Positions 8,226-17,319 of a DNA stretch of 64,000 nucleotides are shown piece after piece. Each line of letters begins with the position of its first letter. Position 1 is the stretch's first letter. Location of the stretch: the NCBI GenBank assembly GCA_964479005.1, contig CAYZJA010000001.1, positions 80,642 to 144,641 of the forward strand, read 5' to 3'. Position numbers and translations under genes: made by a program. The DNA comes from an uncultured Candidatus Saccharibacteria bacterium (GTDB taxonomy: Bacteria > Patescibacteriota > Minisyncoccia > UBA6257). The notes beneath the pieces are model-generated. The model had not been told where the DNA came from. It saw only the letters and a list, made by a program, of their open reading frames with translations, and made no database searches.

Positions 8226-9434
8226 ATGGATTTTGTAGATAAAAACAAGCCATTGGCTGATAGAATGAGACCAGACTCTCTGGGTGATTTTTTAGGTCAG
8301 GAAGAACTTGTTGGGGAAGGAAAACTATTAAGGCAGGCAATTGAATCTGATAAAGTCCCTTCAATGATTTTTTGGGGACCTCCAGGAAGTGGTAAAACCA
8401 CCTTGGCTTATATTATTGTCAAACAAACTAAATCTGAATTTAGACGGATGAGCGCTGTTTCCAGCGGAATAAAAGATTTAAGAGAAACTGTAAAACAGGC
8501 AGAAGAAAACAAAAAATTAGGAAAAAGGACAATTTTATTTATTGATGAAATTCATCGTTGGAATAAAGCTCAGCAGGACGCATTGCTTCCTCATATTGAA
8601 CAAGGATTGATAATACTTATTGGGGCTACAACAGAAAATCCCAGTTTTGAAGTTATAGGGGCATTACTTTCCCGTTGTAGGGTTTTTGTTTTAAAACAGC
8701 TCAATAAATCTCAGATTTCAGAGATTATTAAAAGAGCGCTGAAAGATAAGAAAAAAGGATTAGGCAAATTAGGCATAAAAATAGATAATGAAATAATTGA
8801 TACTATTTCAGAGATGAGCAATGGGGATGCTAGAATTGCTCTTAATGTTCTTGAATATGCGTCTTCTATTTCAAATGAAATCACATTAGATCTTGTAAAA
8901 GACGCTTTTCAGAAATCCAATTTGTTTTATGATAAAAATGGTGAAGAACATTATAATATAATTTCAGCATTACACAAATCAATGCGTGGATCTGATGCTA
9001 ATGCCGCTTTGTATTGGTTAGCAAGAATGTTGGAAGCAGGTGAGGACCCTTTGTATGTAGCTAGAAGAATTGTACGGTTTGCTTCAGAAGATATAGGTTT
9101 ATCTAATTCTCAGGCATTACAACAAGCTGTTACTGCTTATCAGGCTTGTCATTTTATAGGAATGCCAGAATGTAATGTTATATTAGCCCAGGCAGTTGTT
9201 TATATGGCTAAATGTAAAAAATCAAATGATTTATACGTTGCTTATAAAAAGGCCGCTGAAGATGTGAGGAAATATGGAAATTTGCCAGTGCCTTTGCATA
9301 TTCGTAATGCCCCGACAAAATTAATGGAGGATTTAAAATATGGTAAAGGATATAAATATAGCCCTGATTATGATTACAAAGAAAATCAAGAATATTTACC
9401 AAAAGAATTAAAAGATAAAAAGTATTTAAAATAA
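8226..9434 (+). CDS. rarA: replication-associated recombination protein A (AAA+ ATPase)
   Basis: PLADRMRP...GPPGSGKTT (Walker A), FIDEIHR, GDARIALN, ARRIVRFASEDIG. Confidence 0.92.
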   Translation: MDFVDKNKPLADRMRPDSLGDFLGQEELVGEGKLLRQAIESDKVPSMIFWGPPGSGKTTLAYIIVKQTKSEFRRMSAVSSGIKDLRETVKQAEENKKLGKRTILFIDEIHRWNKAQQDALLPHIEQGLIILIGATTENPSFEVIGALLSRCRVFVLKQLNKSQISEIIKRALKDKKKGLGKLGIKIDNEIIDTISEMSNGDARIALNVLEYASSISNEITLDLVKDAFQKSNLFYDKNGEEHYNIISALHKSMRGSDANAALYWLARMLEAGEDPLYVARRIVRFASEDIGLSNSQALQQAVTAYQACHFIGMPECNVILAQAVVYMAKCKKSNDLYVAYKKAAEDVRKYGNLPVPLHIRNAPTKLMEDLKYGKGYKYSPDYDYKENQEYLPKELKDKKYLK

Positions 9435-9474
9435 AAATCCTCTCATTCCTTTTTTGTAGAAATAAGAGGATTTT
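9434..9474. terminator. bidirectional hairpin between convergent rarA and the acyltransferase gene
   Basis: aaaatcctct / agaggatttt 10-bp stem with A/T runs on both sides. Confidence 0.55.
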
Positions 9475-10189
9475 AAATTTTGTCTGCCATGTTTAAGAGT
9501 TCTTCAATTATGGCTTCTCTTGTTTCCTTTTTGCTTTCTTTATTATCAAGCATTTTTTCCAAATCCTCAAGAGAAATATGGTCACCAATTTTTACTTTAA
9601 TTCTTACTTTTCGGAGTAAGTAACCAATCCAATCCCCATCTGGTTTTCCATAAGGACCTTCCGCTTCAATTCTGAGAGGGAAAACAGCGATTTTTTGATT
9701 AGTTGTTTTTTCTGTTTGTTCGATAACCAGACTAACTAATCCCCCGACTCTTTTGTCTTTTGGGACTACTGTTCCCTCAGGGAAGATAACTATACTGACA
9801 CCCTGCTTTATAAGACTGATCATTTCTCTAATAGTGTCCCTTTTTGTATTTTTTTGATTGATAAAGATAATATAAGGGCTTAAACAAAGGCATTTGAAAA
9901 GCGTTCTTAAGTTATCTTTAGCAACATATCTTGTTGTGCTATACAGAAAGATATGTCGAAACTGAAGTTTCCAAAAAGCAGCTGCCAGAAAAACCGGATC
10001 CCAACAACCGAAGTGGCGAGCTACAAAAATAGAACCGAGATTATTCCGTTTTTGCCAGAGAGAGATTTTCTTTTGACCATATACCCGCACTCCGAAGAAA
10101 ATTAGAGAAAGTAAAAAGCACAATAATCCGTAGACTTGATAAATCCAAGCATAAACAATTTTCAAAGAGCTTGATTTCATTTCTATCAC
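9473..10189 (-). CDS. lysophospholipid (1-acyl-sn-glycerol-3-phosphate) acyltransferase-like protein
   Basis: HFGCWDP (H(X)4D acyltransferase motif) and FPEGT motif, with an N-terminal TM segment. Confidence 0.75.
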   Translation of the reverse strand: MIEMKSSSLKIVYAWIYQVYGLLCFLLSLIFFGVRVYGQKKISLWQKRNNLGSIFVARHFGCWDPVFLAAAFWKLQFRHIFLYSTTRYVAKDNLRTLFKCLCLSPYIIFINQKNTKRDTIREMISLIKQGVSIVIFPEGTVVPKDKRVGGLVSLVIEQTEKTTNQKIAVFPLRIEAEGPYGKPDGDWIGYLLRKVRIKVKIGDHISLEDLEKMLDNKESKKETREAIIEELLNMADKI

Positions 10190-10344
10190 CTCCTAAAGTG
10201 ATTATTAATTATTTATAAAACTATACAATTAACCAAGATAGATGTCAACTGGCATGCTTTAGGAAAAATATCCTGAGATTCCAGTAATAACCGTTAGCCT
10301 AAAAGAAACTAAAAATTCAATAGAGAGGGGAATCTTAGAACTAC

Positions 10345-10373
10345 TTGACAAGAGCAAGGAACTATGCTAACAT
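10345..10373 (+). promoter_or_regulatory. sigma70-type promoter (TTGACA-17-TAACAT, TGn-extended)
   Basis: ttgaca agagcaaggaactatgc taacat. Confidence 0.5.
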
Positions 10374-10379
10374 AAATGT

Positions 10380-10629
10380 AGTACATTTTGAGAATAAATT
10401 GAGAATACAGAGAGTCCTTGGTTTTATTAAAAGCTCTAAGATAGAGTTTTATGAGATAATAGGGTTATCCAGATAACCTAAAGAAATATCTCAATATTGA
10501 TAAACTAGCTAGAATGTAGCAATTACCGCAACAATTAAATAAGTTGTAATTGAAGAAGCGAGGACTCTTAATTAATCGGCGGTGTCAGGTTAGTCAGGAA
10601 AAAGGAACTAATCTGATACCGCCTTTTTT
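10380..10629 (+). ncRNA. ~250-nt structured RNA of unknown class ending in a strong intrinsic terminator (candidate riboswitch/leader of the antiporter gene, or an sRNA)
   Basis: No ORF in the 487-bp gap. Long-range pair agagtcct/aggactct encloses hairpins tgagata..tatctca (with ggttat/ataacc inside) and caattac..gtaattg. 17-bp terminator stem 10578-10623 followed by tttttt. Confidence 0.45.
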
Positions 10630-10676
10630 CTTTGTCAAAAAATTGATAAGATATAATAGATCTGAAAATATTAAAT

Positions 10677-11645
10677 ATGTTTATAATATATAGCTTAATT
10701 TTTATAACCTCTTGCGTTGCACTTTATTTTTCAGGCAATTGGCTCATTGATGGGTTAAAAAGAATTGGTAGATTTTTACGTTGGAGGGAATTTATCATTG
10801 CTTTTTTCGTTATGGCTTTTGCAGGGTCTTTGCCAAATCTTTTTGTAGGAATCAGTTCAGCTCTTCATAAAGTTCCGCAACTCTCTTTTGGTGATATTGT
10901 TGGAGGTAATTTAATTGATTTAACATTGGCTGTGGCTTTAGCTGTTTTAATTGGTGGCAATGCTATTCCTACCAAGGGCAAGATTTTAGAGAGAAGCGCT
11001 CTTTTTACGACTTTTGTCGCCATTTTACCCCTGCTTTTAATATGGGACGGCGTATTGGCAAGAGGTGATGGATTAATACTACTTTTCGTTTTTGTTTTTT
11101 ATATCTTTTGGCTCGTTTTAAATAAAGAAAGATTCAGAGAATTTTCCGGAGATGAAGAAAAACAAATGCCAAGTATTTTAAAAGAATTCAAGGTTTTTAT
11201 AAAAGATATTGGGTTAATTCTTTTGTCTTTTATTTTGCTTTTATTAGCAGCAGAGGGCATGGTACAAAGCGCTAAATTTTTTGCTGTGGCTTTGAATATT
11301 TCCTTGCCTATTATTGGGATTTTAATTGTAGGATTAGGTAATACTTTGCCGGAAATTCGTTTTGCTGTTGCGTCGGCTAAAGCTGGGAAAACAGAAATGA
11401 TTTTAGGAAATTTAATGGGCGCTGTTATTATGCCTGCTACTTTGGTTTTAGGCACAGTCGCTTTGATTAGTCCGATTGTAATTCCCAGTTTTACGCCTTT
11501 TGCTGTTGCAAGAGTTTTTTTGATAATTTCAGCAGTAACTTTTTATATCTTTACAAGAAGATATAGAAAGATTACAAAGAAAGAGGCGATAATTCTGCTT
11601 TTACTTTATGTTGCTTTTGTCGTAATTGAAATTTTAATAAGATAG
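10677..11645 (+). CDS. Ca2+/Na+ antiporter (CaCA, YrbG-type)
   Basis: About 10 TM segments. Two alpha-repeat motifs: GSLPNL...GDIVGGNLIDLTL and GLGNTLPEI...GNLMGAVI. Confidence 0.85.
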   Translation: MFIIYSLIFITSCVALYFSGNWLIDGLKRIGRFLRWREFIIAFFVMAFAGSLPNLFVGISSALHKVPQLSFGDIVGGNLIDLTLAVALAVLIGGNAIPTKGKILERSALFTTFVAILPLLLIWDGVLARGDGLILLFVFVFYIFWLVLNKERFREFSGDEEKQMPSILKEFKVFIKDIGLILLSFILLLLAAEGMVQSAKFFAVALNISLPIIGILIVGLGNTLPEIRFAVASAKAGKTEMILGNLMGAVIMPATLVLGTVALISPIVIPSFTPFAVARVFLIISAVTFYIFTRRYRKITKKEAIILLLLYVAFVVIEILIR

Positions 11646-11646
11646 C

Positions 11647-11675
11647 TTGACAAAACAAGGAAAAGGATATATAAT
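11647..11675 (+). promoter_or_regulatory. consensus promoter TTGACA-17-TATAAT
   Basis: ttgaca aaacaaggaaaaggata tataat, upstream of the 11777 gene. Confidence 0.6.
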
Positions 11676-11776
11676 CGGGGTAGTTATGGAGAAGATTGAG
11701 TTGCACCTTTACATTTTAAAAGATAAAAAAGATTAAAATATAAGAAAGATTAGAATATAAAAAGGAGGTATTGAAA

Positions 11777-12361
11777 ATGAAAAAGTTATTATTAATACTA
11801 ATGATGATTGTTTTGGTGGCTTTTGCTTTAATGATCCTTGTTTTTCCTGTAGAGAGTATGTATACTGCCCTAGATTCTGAACACGAGATACCTGAAACTA
11901 TTTTGATAAGTAAATTAGGCATAGAGGTATCATACCAATATTGGTATGATACAAAAGAGGGTATAATGAAAGTAGAATTTGTAACCTATATAGATGAGGA
12001 TGATCAAACATCGTGTGCGCAGATTGTTGATGCTGAGGTAGGAGATACCTTCACTGGGATTTCCGGAAGAACCTATGTACTACAAGAACAAACAACGCTT
12101 ACTCAGGCACAAATACAATATCTGACTCATAAGGATATTGTAGTTGTAGGTGAGTGGGTGCCGGTAGATGAAGCTAGTGATAGTGGAGGAAGTGAAGGTA
12201 CTAGTAGTATAGGTATTTCTACTCTGGGGCCATATTATTTTATAGAAGGTGGCGTCACATATAAATATTATATAGGATACATTCCGCCTCCACCTCCTAT
12301 TACTGAAGTTGATGAAGCTGTCGATGGAGGATGGATTGTAACATACTTTCAGCAGAATTAA
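11777..12361 (+). CDS. secreted/membrane-anchored hypothetical protein
   Basis: Signal-like N-terminus KKLLLILMMIVLVAFALMIL. ATG 11777 sits behind a strong SD (aaaggaggt). PPPPP tract near the C-terminus. Confidence 0.6.
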   Translation: MKKLLLILMMIVLVAFALMILVFPVESMYTALDSEHEIPETILISKLGIEVSYQYWYDTKEGIMKVEFVTYIDEDDQTSCAQIVDAEVGDTFTGISGRTYVLQEQTTLTQAQIQYLTHKDIVVVGEWVPVDEASDSGGSEGTSSIGISTLGPYYFIEGGVTYKYYIGYIPPPPPITEVDEAVDGGWIVTYFQQN

Positions 12362-12503
12362 AATGAAGATGAATGAAGATAAAATTGTCAACTTTTCAAT
12401 ATATAAAGAGGCGTTTGGTTTAGAACTGAACGTCTTTTTCATTAACAAGGACTAGCTTTACTAAATTTATGCCTTTGGCATTTGTCCTTATTTGGTGTGG
12501 GGG

Positions 12504-12531
12504 TTGACAAATTATTTTTCTTTGCTATACT
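12504..12531 (+). promoter_or_regulatory. promoter TTGACA-16-TGcTATACT (extended -10)
   Basis: ttgaca aattatttttctttgc tatact. Near-identical context to the 54247 promoter. Confidence 0.6.
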
Positions 12532-12535
12532 AAAG

Positions 12536-12595
12536 ATGCCGTTGTTTTGAGATATGTAGCTTGCTATATATCAATGGGCAGCGGCATTTTTTTTT
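12536..12595 (+). ncRNA. ~60-nt hairpin RNA, family member 1 (unknown function)
   Basis: Outer stem atgccgttg/cagcggcat, inner stem gatatgtag/ctatatatc with loop cttg, then a run of 9 T. Homologous to 54279-54342. Confidence 0.45.
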
Positions 12596-12656
12596 GCGCT
12601 TTTTGATGGTATAATAAAATATAGAAATAATTAAAAAAGATAAAGTATTAATTAAT

Positions 12657-13319
12657 ATGATTAGTTTAAATCAAGTTAAAAAGAATCCGCAGATATTAGA
12701 ATTTATCAAACAGTCAGATGAAGCTTTAGCGGCAGTAGGTTATACAGAGCATAGTTTGTCTCATGCCAAGATTGTTGCTACTCGAGCGAGAACAATTGCT
12801 AAAGAACTTGGTTTTTCAAAACAAAAGCAAGAAATAGCAGCTATTGCCGGTTTTTGTCATGATATGGGGAATTTTTTAAGCAGAAGCCATCATCATTATT
12901 TTGGAGCTTTATTATTCCATCAGACTTTTAATCAGGATTTTACTCCAGAGGAATTAGCAATAATCATGAATGCAATTTCCAATCATGATAAAGACGAAAT
13001 GAATTTTTCCAACATTATTACTGCGATACTTGTTTTAGCTGATAAAACAGATGTGCGCCGTTCAAGGGTGGTTAATAAAAAACCTAAGAAAATAAAAAAG
13101 GATATACATGATAGGGTTAATTTTGCCACAAAAATATCAAGAGTAAGAATTAACAAAAAGAAAAAATTAATTACTTTAATTCTTAAAATTGATACTGGCT
13201 TTGTACCAATAATTGAATACTTTGAAATTTTTACAGATAGAATGGTTTATTGTCGAAAAGCGGCAAAGTTTTTAGGCTATAAATTTGGTTTAATAATTAA
13301 TAACTTTAAATTACTTTAA
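12657..13319 (+). CDS. HD-domain phosphohydrolase
   Basis: HSLSHAKIVA ... GFCHDMGN (H...HD motif). Confidence 0.75.
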   Translation: MISLNQVKKNPQILEFIKQSDEALAAVGYTEHSLSHAKIVATRARTIAKELGFSKQKQEIAAIAGFCHDMGNFLSRSHHHYFGALLFHQTFNQDFTPEELAIIMNAISNHDKDEMNFSNIITAILVLADKTDVRRSRVVNKKPKKIKKDIHDRVNFATKISRVRINKKKKLITLILKIDTGFVPIIEYFEIFTDRMVYCRKAAKFLGYKFGLIINNFKLL

Positions 13320-13331
13320 AATTAAAACAAA

Positions 13332-14009
13332 ATGGCAAATTTATTTATTGTTGCCACGCCGATAGGGAATTTAGAAGATATTTCTTTGCGAGCGCTTCGT
13401 ATCTTGAAAGAAGTTGATATAATATTATGCGAGGATACGAGAGTAACAAGGAAGTTATTATTGCGTTATGATATCAAAACTCCAGTTTTAAGTTATCATC
13501 AACATTCGCAATTAAAAAAAGTAAATCATATAGCAGATTTATTAGAAGAAGGAAAGAACTTAGCATTAGTTTCTGATTCTGGTACTCCTGGGATTTCTGA
13601 TCCGGGAAATAAATTAATAGATTTTCTTGTTAAGAAAAATATTAATTTAACAATTATTCCAATACCTGGCTGTTCAGCTTTAATAACTGCTGCCTCTATT
13701 TCCGGTTTTCCAATGGATAGATTCACTTTTTTAGGATTTCCTCCACATAAGAAAAAAAGAAATAAATTCTTTGAAGAATTATTAAAAATAAAACACCCAG
13801 TTGTTTTCTATGAATCACCTCATAGAATTATTAAAACATTAGAAGAGATTGGTAATAAATCTCAAAAACTTAATCTTAATTTACAAGTAATCGCTTGTCG
13901 GGAATTAACTAAAAAATTTGAGACGATTTACAGAGGAACGATTAATGAAGTGATAAAAAAGGTAAAAGATGATAAAATAAAAGGAGAATTTACAGTAATA
14001 ATAAATTAA
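13332..14009 (+). CDS. rsmI: 16S rRNA (cytidine1402-2'-O)-methyltransferase
   Basis: LFIVATPIGNLEDISLRALRILKEVDIILCEDTR ... SDSGTPGISDPG. Confidence 0.9.
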   Translation: MANLFIVATPIGNLEDISLRALRILKEVDIILCEDTRVTRKLLLRYDIKTPVLSYHQHSQLKKVNHIADLLEEGKNLALVSDSGTPGISDPGNKLIDFLVKKNINLTIIPIPGCSALITAASISGFPMDRFTFLGFPPHKKKRNKFFEELLKIKHPVVFYESPHRIIKTLEEIGNKSQKLNLNLQVIACRELTKKFETIYRGTINEVIKKVKDDKIKGEFTVIIN

Positions 14010-14013
14010 AATC

Positions 14014-14334
14014 ATGTATAATTTGAAGCAATTATATAAACTTAAGCAAAAAGTAAGGACATTAGAGGATGAAAAAAACAGAGTAGAAAGAGATCTGAGA
14101 AAGATAACAGTAGGCTATATTATTGCAGCCTTTGGTTTTGTGGCTGGTTTAGCTTGGAGGGATTTATCCATAGCCTTGGTAGAATATTTATTCCCGATGA
14201 GTAAAGACACTATTTTAGCTAAGTTTATTTACGCAATTTTGGTAAGCGTTGCATTAGCTTTTGCTAGTATCTATGTGCTGAGATTTATAGGTAAAACAAA
14301 GAAGAAAAAAGGCCTTGAAGATATACAACGATAG
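14014..14334 (+). CDS. small membrane protein, unknown function
   Basis: Coiled N-terminus followed by two TM spans; no recognisable motif. Confidence 0.5.
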   Translation: MYNLKQLYKLKQKVRTLEDEKNRVERDLRKITVGYIIAAFGFVAGLAWRDLSIALVEYLFPMSKDTILAKFIYAILVSVALAFASIYVLRFIGKTKKKKGLEDIQR

Positions 14335-14359
14335 ATTATTTAAATAGAATTCTATATTT

Positions 14360-15247
14360 ATGGAAAATTTGGTAATAGGAGATGAGTTAGCTAAAAAATT
14401 AGCCAGGCAACTGAACTTAGATTTCATTTTAATAGAAGACAGGGTTTTTCCTGATGGTGAAGTACAGCCCCGTTTAGAAAAAGAGAAAAAAGCTAATAAA
14501 GCTATTTTAATTTTTCAGAAAAAACAAAACGAAGACATTAATACTTATTTAATTAAGTATTTTTTATTATTAAGAAAGCTAAAAGATCTTGCGCAAGAAA
14601 TAATATGTATCATGCCTTATTTTCCTTATGCTCGCCAAGATTCTATTTTCCAAGAAGGTGAATCTCTTTCCTCTTTGTACATTTCTGAATTAATAGAAAA
14701 AAATGCAGATGTTTTTATTACATGTAATATGCATGAACATAGAAAAAAAATTGGAGATTTATTTAAAATTTCAAGCCACAACGTCTTTCTTTTTCAGGAT
14801 TTGGCAGAAGAATTTGAAGATTTTTCCCCTTCTAATTCAGTGGTTATAGGCCCAGATAAAGAGTCTGAAGCATTTGTTAATGATTTCTGTAAAAGATTTT
14901 CCGCGCAAAAAGTGATTTTTCAGAAAACAAGAGATATTAAGACAGGAAAGATAGATTTTTCTTATGATAAAAATTGTGACTTCACAAATAAAGATGTTAT
15001 TATCGTAGACGATATTGTTTCAACTGGCAGAACTATTTTACAAGCGGCCGAGATAGCGAAAGAACTTAAAGCCAAAACAATTAGCTTTGCCTTTATTCAT
15101 TCCATATTTGGGGACAAAGCAATAGAACAATTGAGTAAAATAAATCCTAAGAAGATTGTATTTACAAATACTTTAGAAAACTCTTGTTTTTCAGTTGATA
15201 TTACCAAGCCGATAGCAAAATATATTTTAGAAAATAAATTAGTTTAA
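14360..15247 (+). CDS. prs: ribose-phosphate pyrophosphokinase-like protein
   Basis: MPYFPYARQD, GPDKES, IIVDDIVSTGRT (PRPP-binding loop). Confidence 0.8.
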   Translation: MENLVIGDELAKKLARQLNLDFILIEDRVFPDGEVQPRLEKEKKANKAILIFQKKQNEDINTYLIKYFLLLRKLKDLAQEIICIMPYFPYARQDSIFQEGESLSSLYISELIEKNADVFITCNMHEHRKKIGDLFKISSHNVFLFQDLAEEFEDFSPSNSVVIGPDKESEAFVNDFCKRFSAQKVIFQKTRDIKTGKIDFSYDKNCDFTNKDVIIVDDIVSTGRTILQAAEIAKELKAKTISFAFIHSIFGDKAIEQLSKINPKKIVFTNTLENSCFSVDITKPIAKYILENKLV

Positions 15248-15252
15248 AAAAG

Positions 15253-16788
15253 ATGAAAAAGAAAAACAATTCTAAAAATTCAAAAACAAACGGTATTTTT
15301 TTTCTCAAAGTTAAATATTTAGATATTAAAACAGGGCATCCTTGGATTGTTATTATTAATGAAAAAGATGGTCGGCGTTTTGGCATTAGGCCAGGCGATG
15401 AATTAGTTGTTAAATGGGAAGAAAAGCAAACAGAAATCGCAGTAGATACTACAGAATCTTTGGTAAAAAAGGGAGAAATTGGAGTTTTTCGAGATATAAC
15501 AAACAGGTACAAAATTAAACAAGGGGAATTTTTGGAATTAAAACTCGCAGGCCATGCGCCTTCTCTTAAAATTATTCACAAAAAGCTAAATAGAAAGAAA
15601 TTGTCTTATAAGGAAATGCATTCCTTGGTTTCAGATATAGCTAAGCATAGAATTAATGATTTAGAATTATCTTTTTTTATTGCTTCTGCTTTTGATGAAA
15701 AAAACTTTTCAAAAGAGGAGATTTATTATTTAACCAAAGCTATTAGTGAAACAGGGGAAATGATGAAATTTGGAAAAGTTGCGGCTGATAAACATTCTAT
15801 CGGAGGAATTCCAGGTAATCGCGTAAGCCCCATAATAGTTGCCATTGTGGCAAGTCATGGAATTACAATCCCAAAGACTTCTTCCAGAGCAATAACTTCC
15901 GCAGCAGGGACGGCAGATACAATGGAAGTGTTGGCGCCAGTGAGTTTTTCTTTAGATAAAATAAAAAAGATTGTTAAAAAAACGAATGCTTGTTTAATTT
16001 GGGGAGGGGCTTTAAAATTAGCTCCTGCTGATGATAGGTTTATTAAAATTACTCGTCGATTAGGATTAGAACCTTATTCTAAAATGGTTGCTAGTATTAT
16101 GTCTAAACAAGTAGCCACTGGAATTAATCATTTGGTTATAGATATGCCGATTGGCCCCACCGCAAAAATTTCAAGTGTAAAAGATATTCAGTTTGTTAAA
16201 AATTTATTCTTGTATTTAGCAAAAAGATTTAATATTAAAATTAAAATTGTTTCTCAAAAAACGATGGGCCCTATAGGAAAAGGTGTTGGTCCTTGTTTGG
16301 AAGCAAGAGATGTATTGAGAGTTTTGCAACAAAAAGAAAACAGGCCAAAAGATTTAGAGAAAAAGGCCATATTATTATCAGGATATTTATTAGAATTAGT
16401 TGGGAAAGCAAAAAAAAGAAATGGGAAAAAATTAGCCGAGGAGAGTTTGCGATCAAAGAATGCTTTTAAAAAAATGCAAGAGATTATAAAAGAACAGGGA
16501 GGGAATTCAAATATTGATTCTGAAGAGCTTCCTTTGGGTAAAGTCACTTATGAATTGAAATCTTCTCAAAATGGTTTAGTTAAGTCTATTCATAATAAAA
16601 ATCTGAACAAGATTTGTGGATTATTAGGTACGCCTTTGACTCAAGAGGCAGGGATTTATTTAAATAAATCTATTGGAGAAAAAGTAAAAAAGAAAGATAC
16701 TCTTTGTATTTTTTATACTGATAGCGAACAAAGGTTAATTTTAGCTAAGCACGCTTTGCAAAAATTGGAATTGTATAACATATCATAA
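15253..16788 (+). CDS. AMP phosphorylase / thymidine-phosphorylase family (archaeal DeoA type)
   Basis: 511 aa. N-terminal extra domain LKVKYLDIKTGHPWIVIINEKD..., then DKHSIGGIPGN, PKTSSRAITSAAGTADTMEVL. Confidence 0.8.
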   Translation: MKKKNNSKNSKTNGIFFLKVKYLDIKTGHPWIVIINEKDGRRFGIRPGDELVVKWEEKQTEIAVDTTESLVKKGEIGVFRDITNRYKIKQGEFLELKLAGHAPSLKIIHKKLNRKKLSYKEMHSLVSDIAKHRINDLELSFFIASAFDEKNFSKEEIYYLTKAISETGEMMKFGKVAADKHSIGGIPGNRVSPIIVAIVASHGITIPKTSSRAITSAAGTADTMEVLAPVSFSLDKIKKIVKKTNACLIWGGALKLAPADDRFIKITRRLGLEPYSKMVASIMSKQVATGINHLVIDMPIGPTAKISSVKDIQFVKNLFLYLAKRFNIKIKIVSQKTMGPIGKGVGPCLEARDVLRVLQQKENRPKDLEKKAILLSGYLLELVGKAKKRNGKKLAEESLRSKNAFKKMQEIIKEQGGNSNIDSEELPLGKVTYELKSSQNGLVKSIHNKNLNKICGLLGTPLTQEAGIYLNKSIGEKVKKKDTLCIFYTDSEQRLILAKHALQKLELYNIS

Positions 16789-16837
16789 GGTAGTATAATA
16801 ATATATAGAAGGTCGATAATTTTAAAAAAATAAAAAT

Positions 16838-17203
16838 ATGATTTGGATACTTTATTTTCTTGTGGCTGTATGGGGAATTTTTGGGATTCTTATGCTTTTT
16901 GCTCCTAGAAAAGCAATAGGTTTAGCCTTAAAGTTTACTCATAGCGGTCCTTATTGGGTATGGGGAATAATAGCTCTAATAATTGCTGTTTTGCTTTGGC
17001 AGTCTGCGAATTCACTAAGCACTCCTTTACCTATTCAGATTTTAGCAGTTTGGGCAGGTATTAAAGGATTATTTACGTTACTTTTGCCAAAAAGCAAAAT
17101 GAATCGCATGTTAAATTATTTCACTAGTATCTCAGATGTTTTTTTAAGAGTATTTGGTGTAGTTTTGTTGGTTTTAACTTACTACATCTTCATGCTGATT
17201 TAG
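16838..17203 (+). CDS. small integral membrane protein, unknown function
   Basis: 121 aa with about 4 hydrophobic spans. Confidence 0.5.
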   Translation: MIWILYFLVAVWGIFGILMLFAPRKAIGLALKFTHSGPYWVWGIIALIIAVLLWQSANSLSTPLPIQILAVWAGIKGLFTLLLPKSKMNRMLNYFTSISDVFLRVFGVVLLVLTYYIFMLI

Positions 17204-17229
17204 GAAATTAATCATTAATAGAAATAAAG

Positions 17230-17265
17230 ATAGCAGGTATGTTTATCATGCCTGCTATTGTTTTT
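17230..17265 (+). terminator. intrinsic terminator
   Basis: atagcaggtatg/catgcctgctat 12-bp stem (one G-U pair), loop tttat, then tgttttt. Confidence 0.65.
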
Positions 17266-17319
17266 AAAAAAGATAAAAGAATGATACAATAAAATAAGTA
17301 TATTTTAATTATTAAATTT

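Noticed and set aside
8071-8364. 97-aa minus-strand ORF
   Set aside because: It is antisense to the rarA start and the small basic ORF. It has no initiation signals and a low-complexity hydrophobic translation typical of antisense AT-rich frames.
10190-10676. RNase P RNA, tmRNA or SRP RNA in the large ORF-free gap
   Set aside because: There is no GGAGGAAAGUCC/ACAGAA core (the real rnpB is at 40525-40945). There is no tRNA-like acceptor or T-arm as in tmRNA. GUCAGGU is present, but the SRP helix-8 GGAA tetraloop/AGCAGC partner is missing. The region is left as an unclassified structured RNA.
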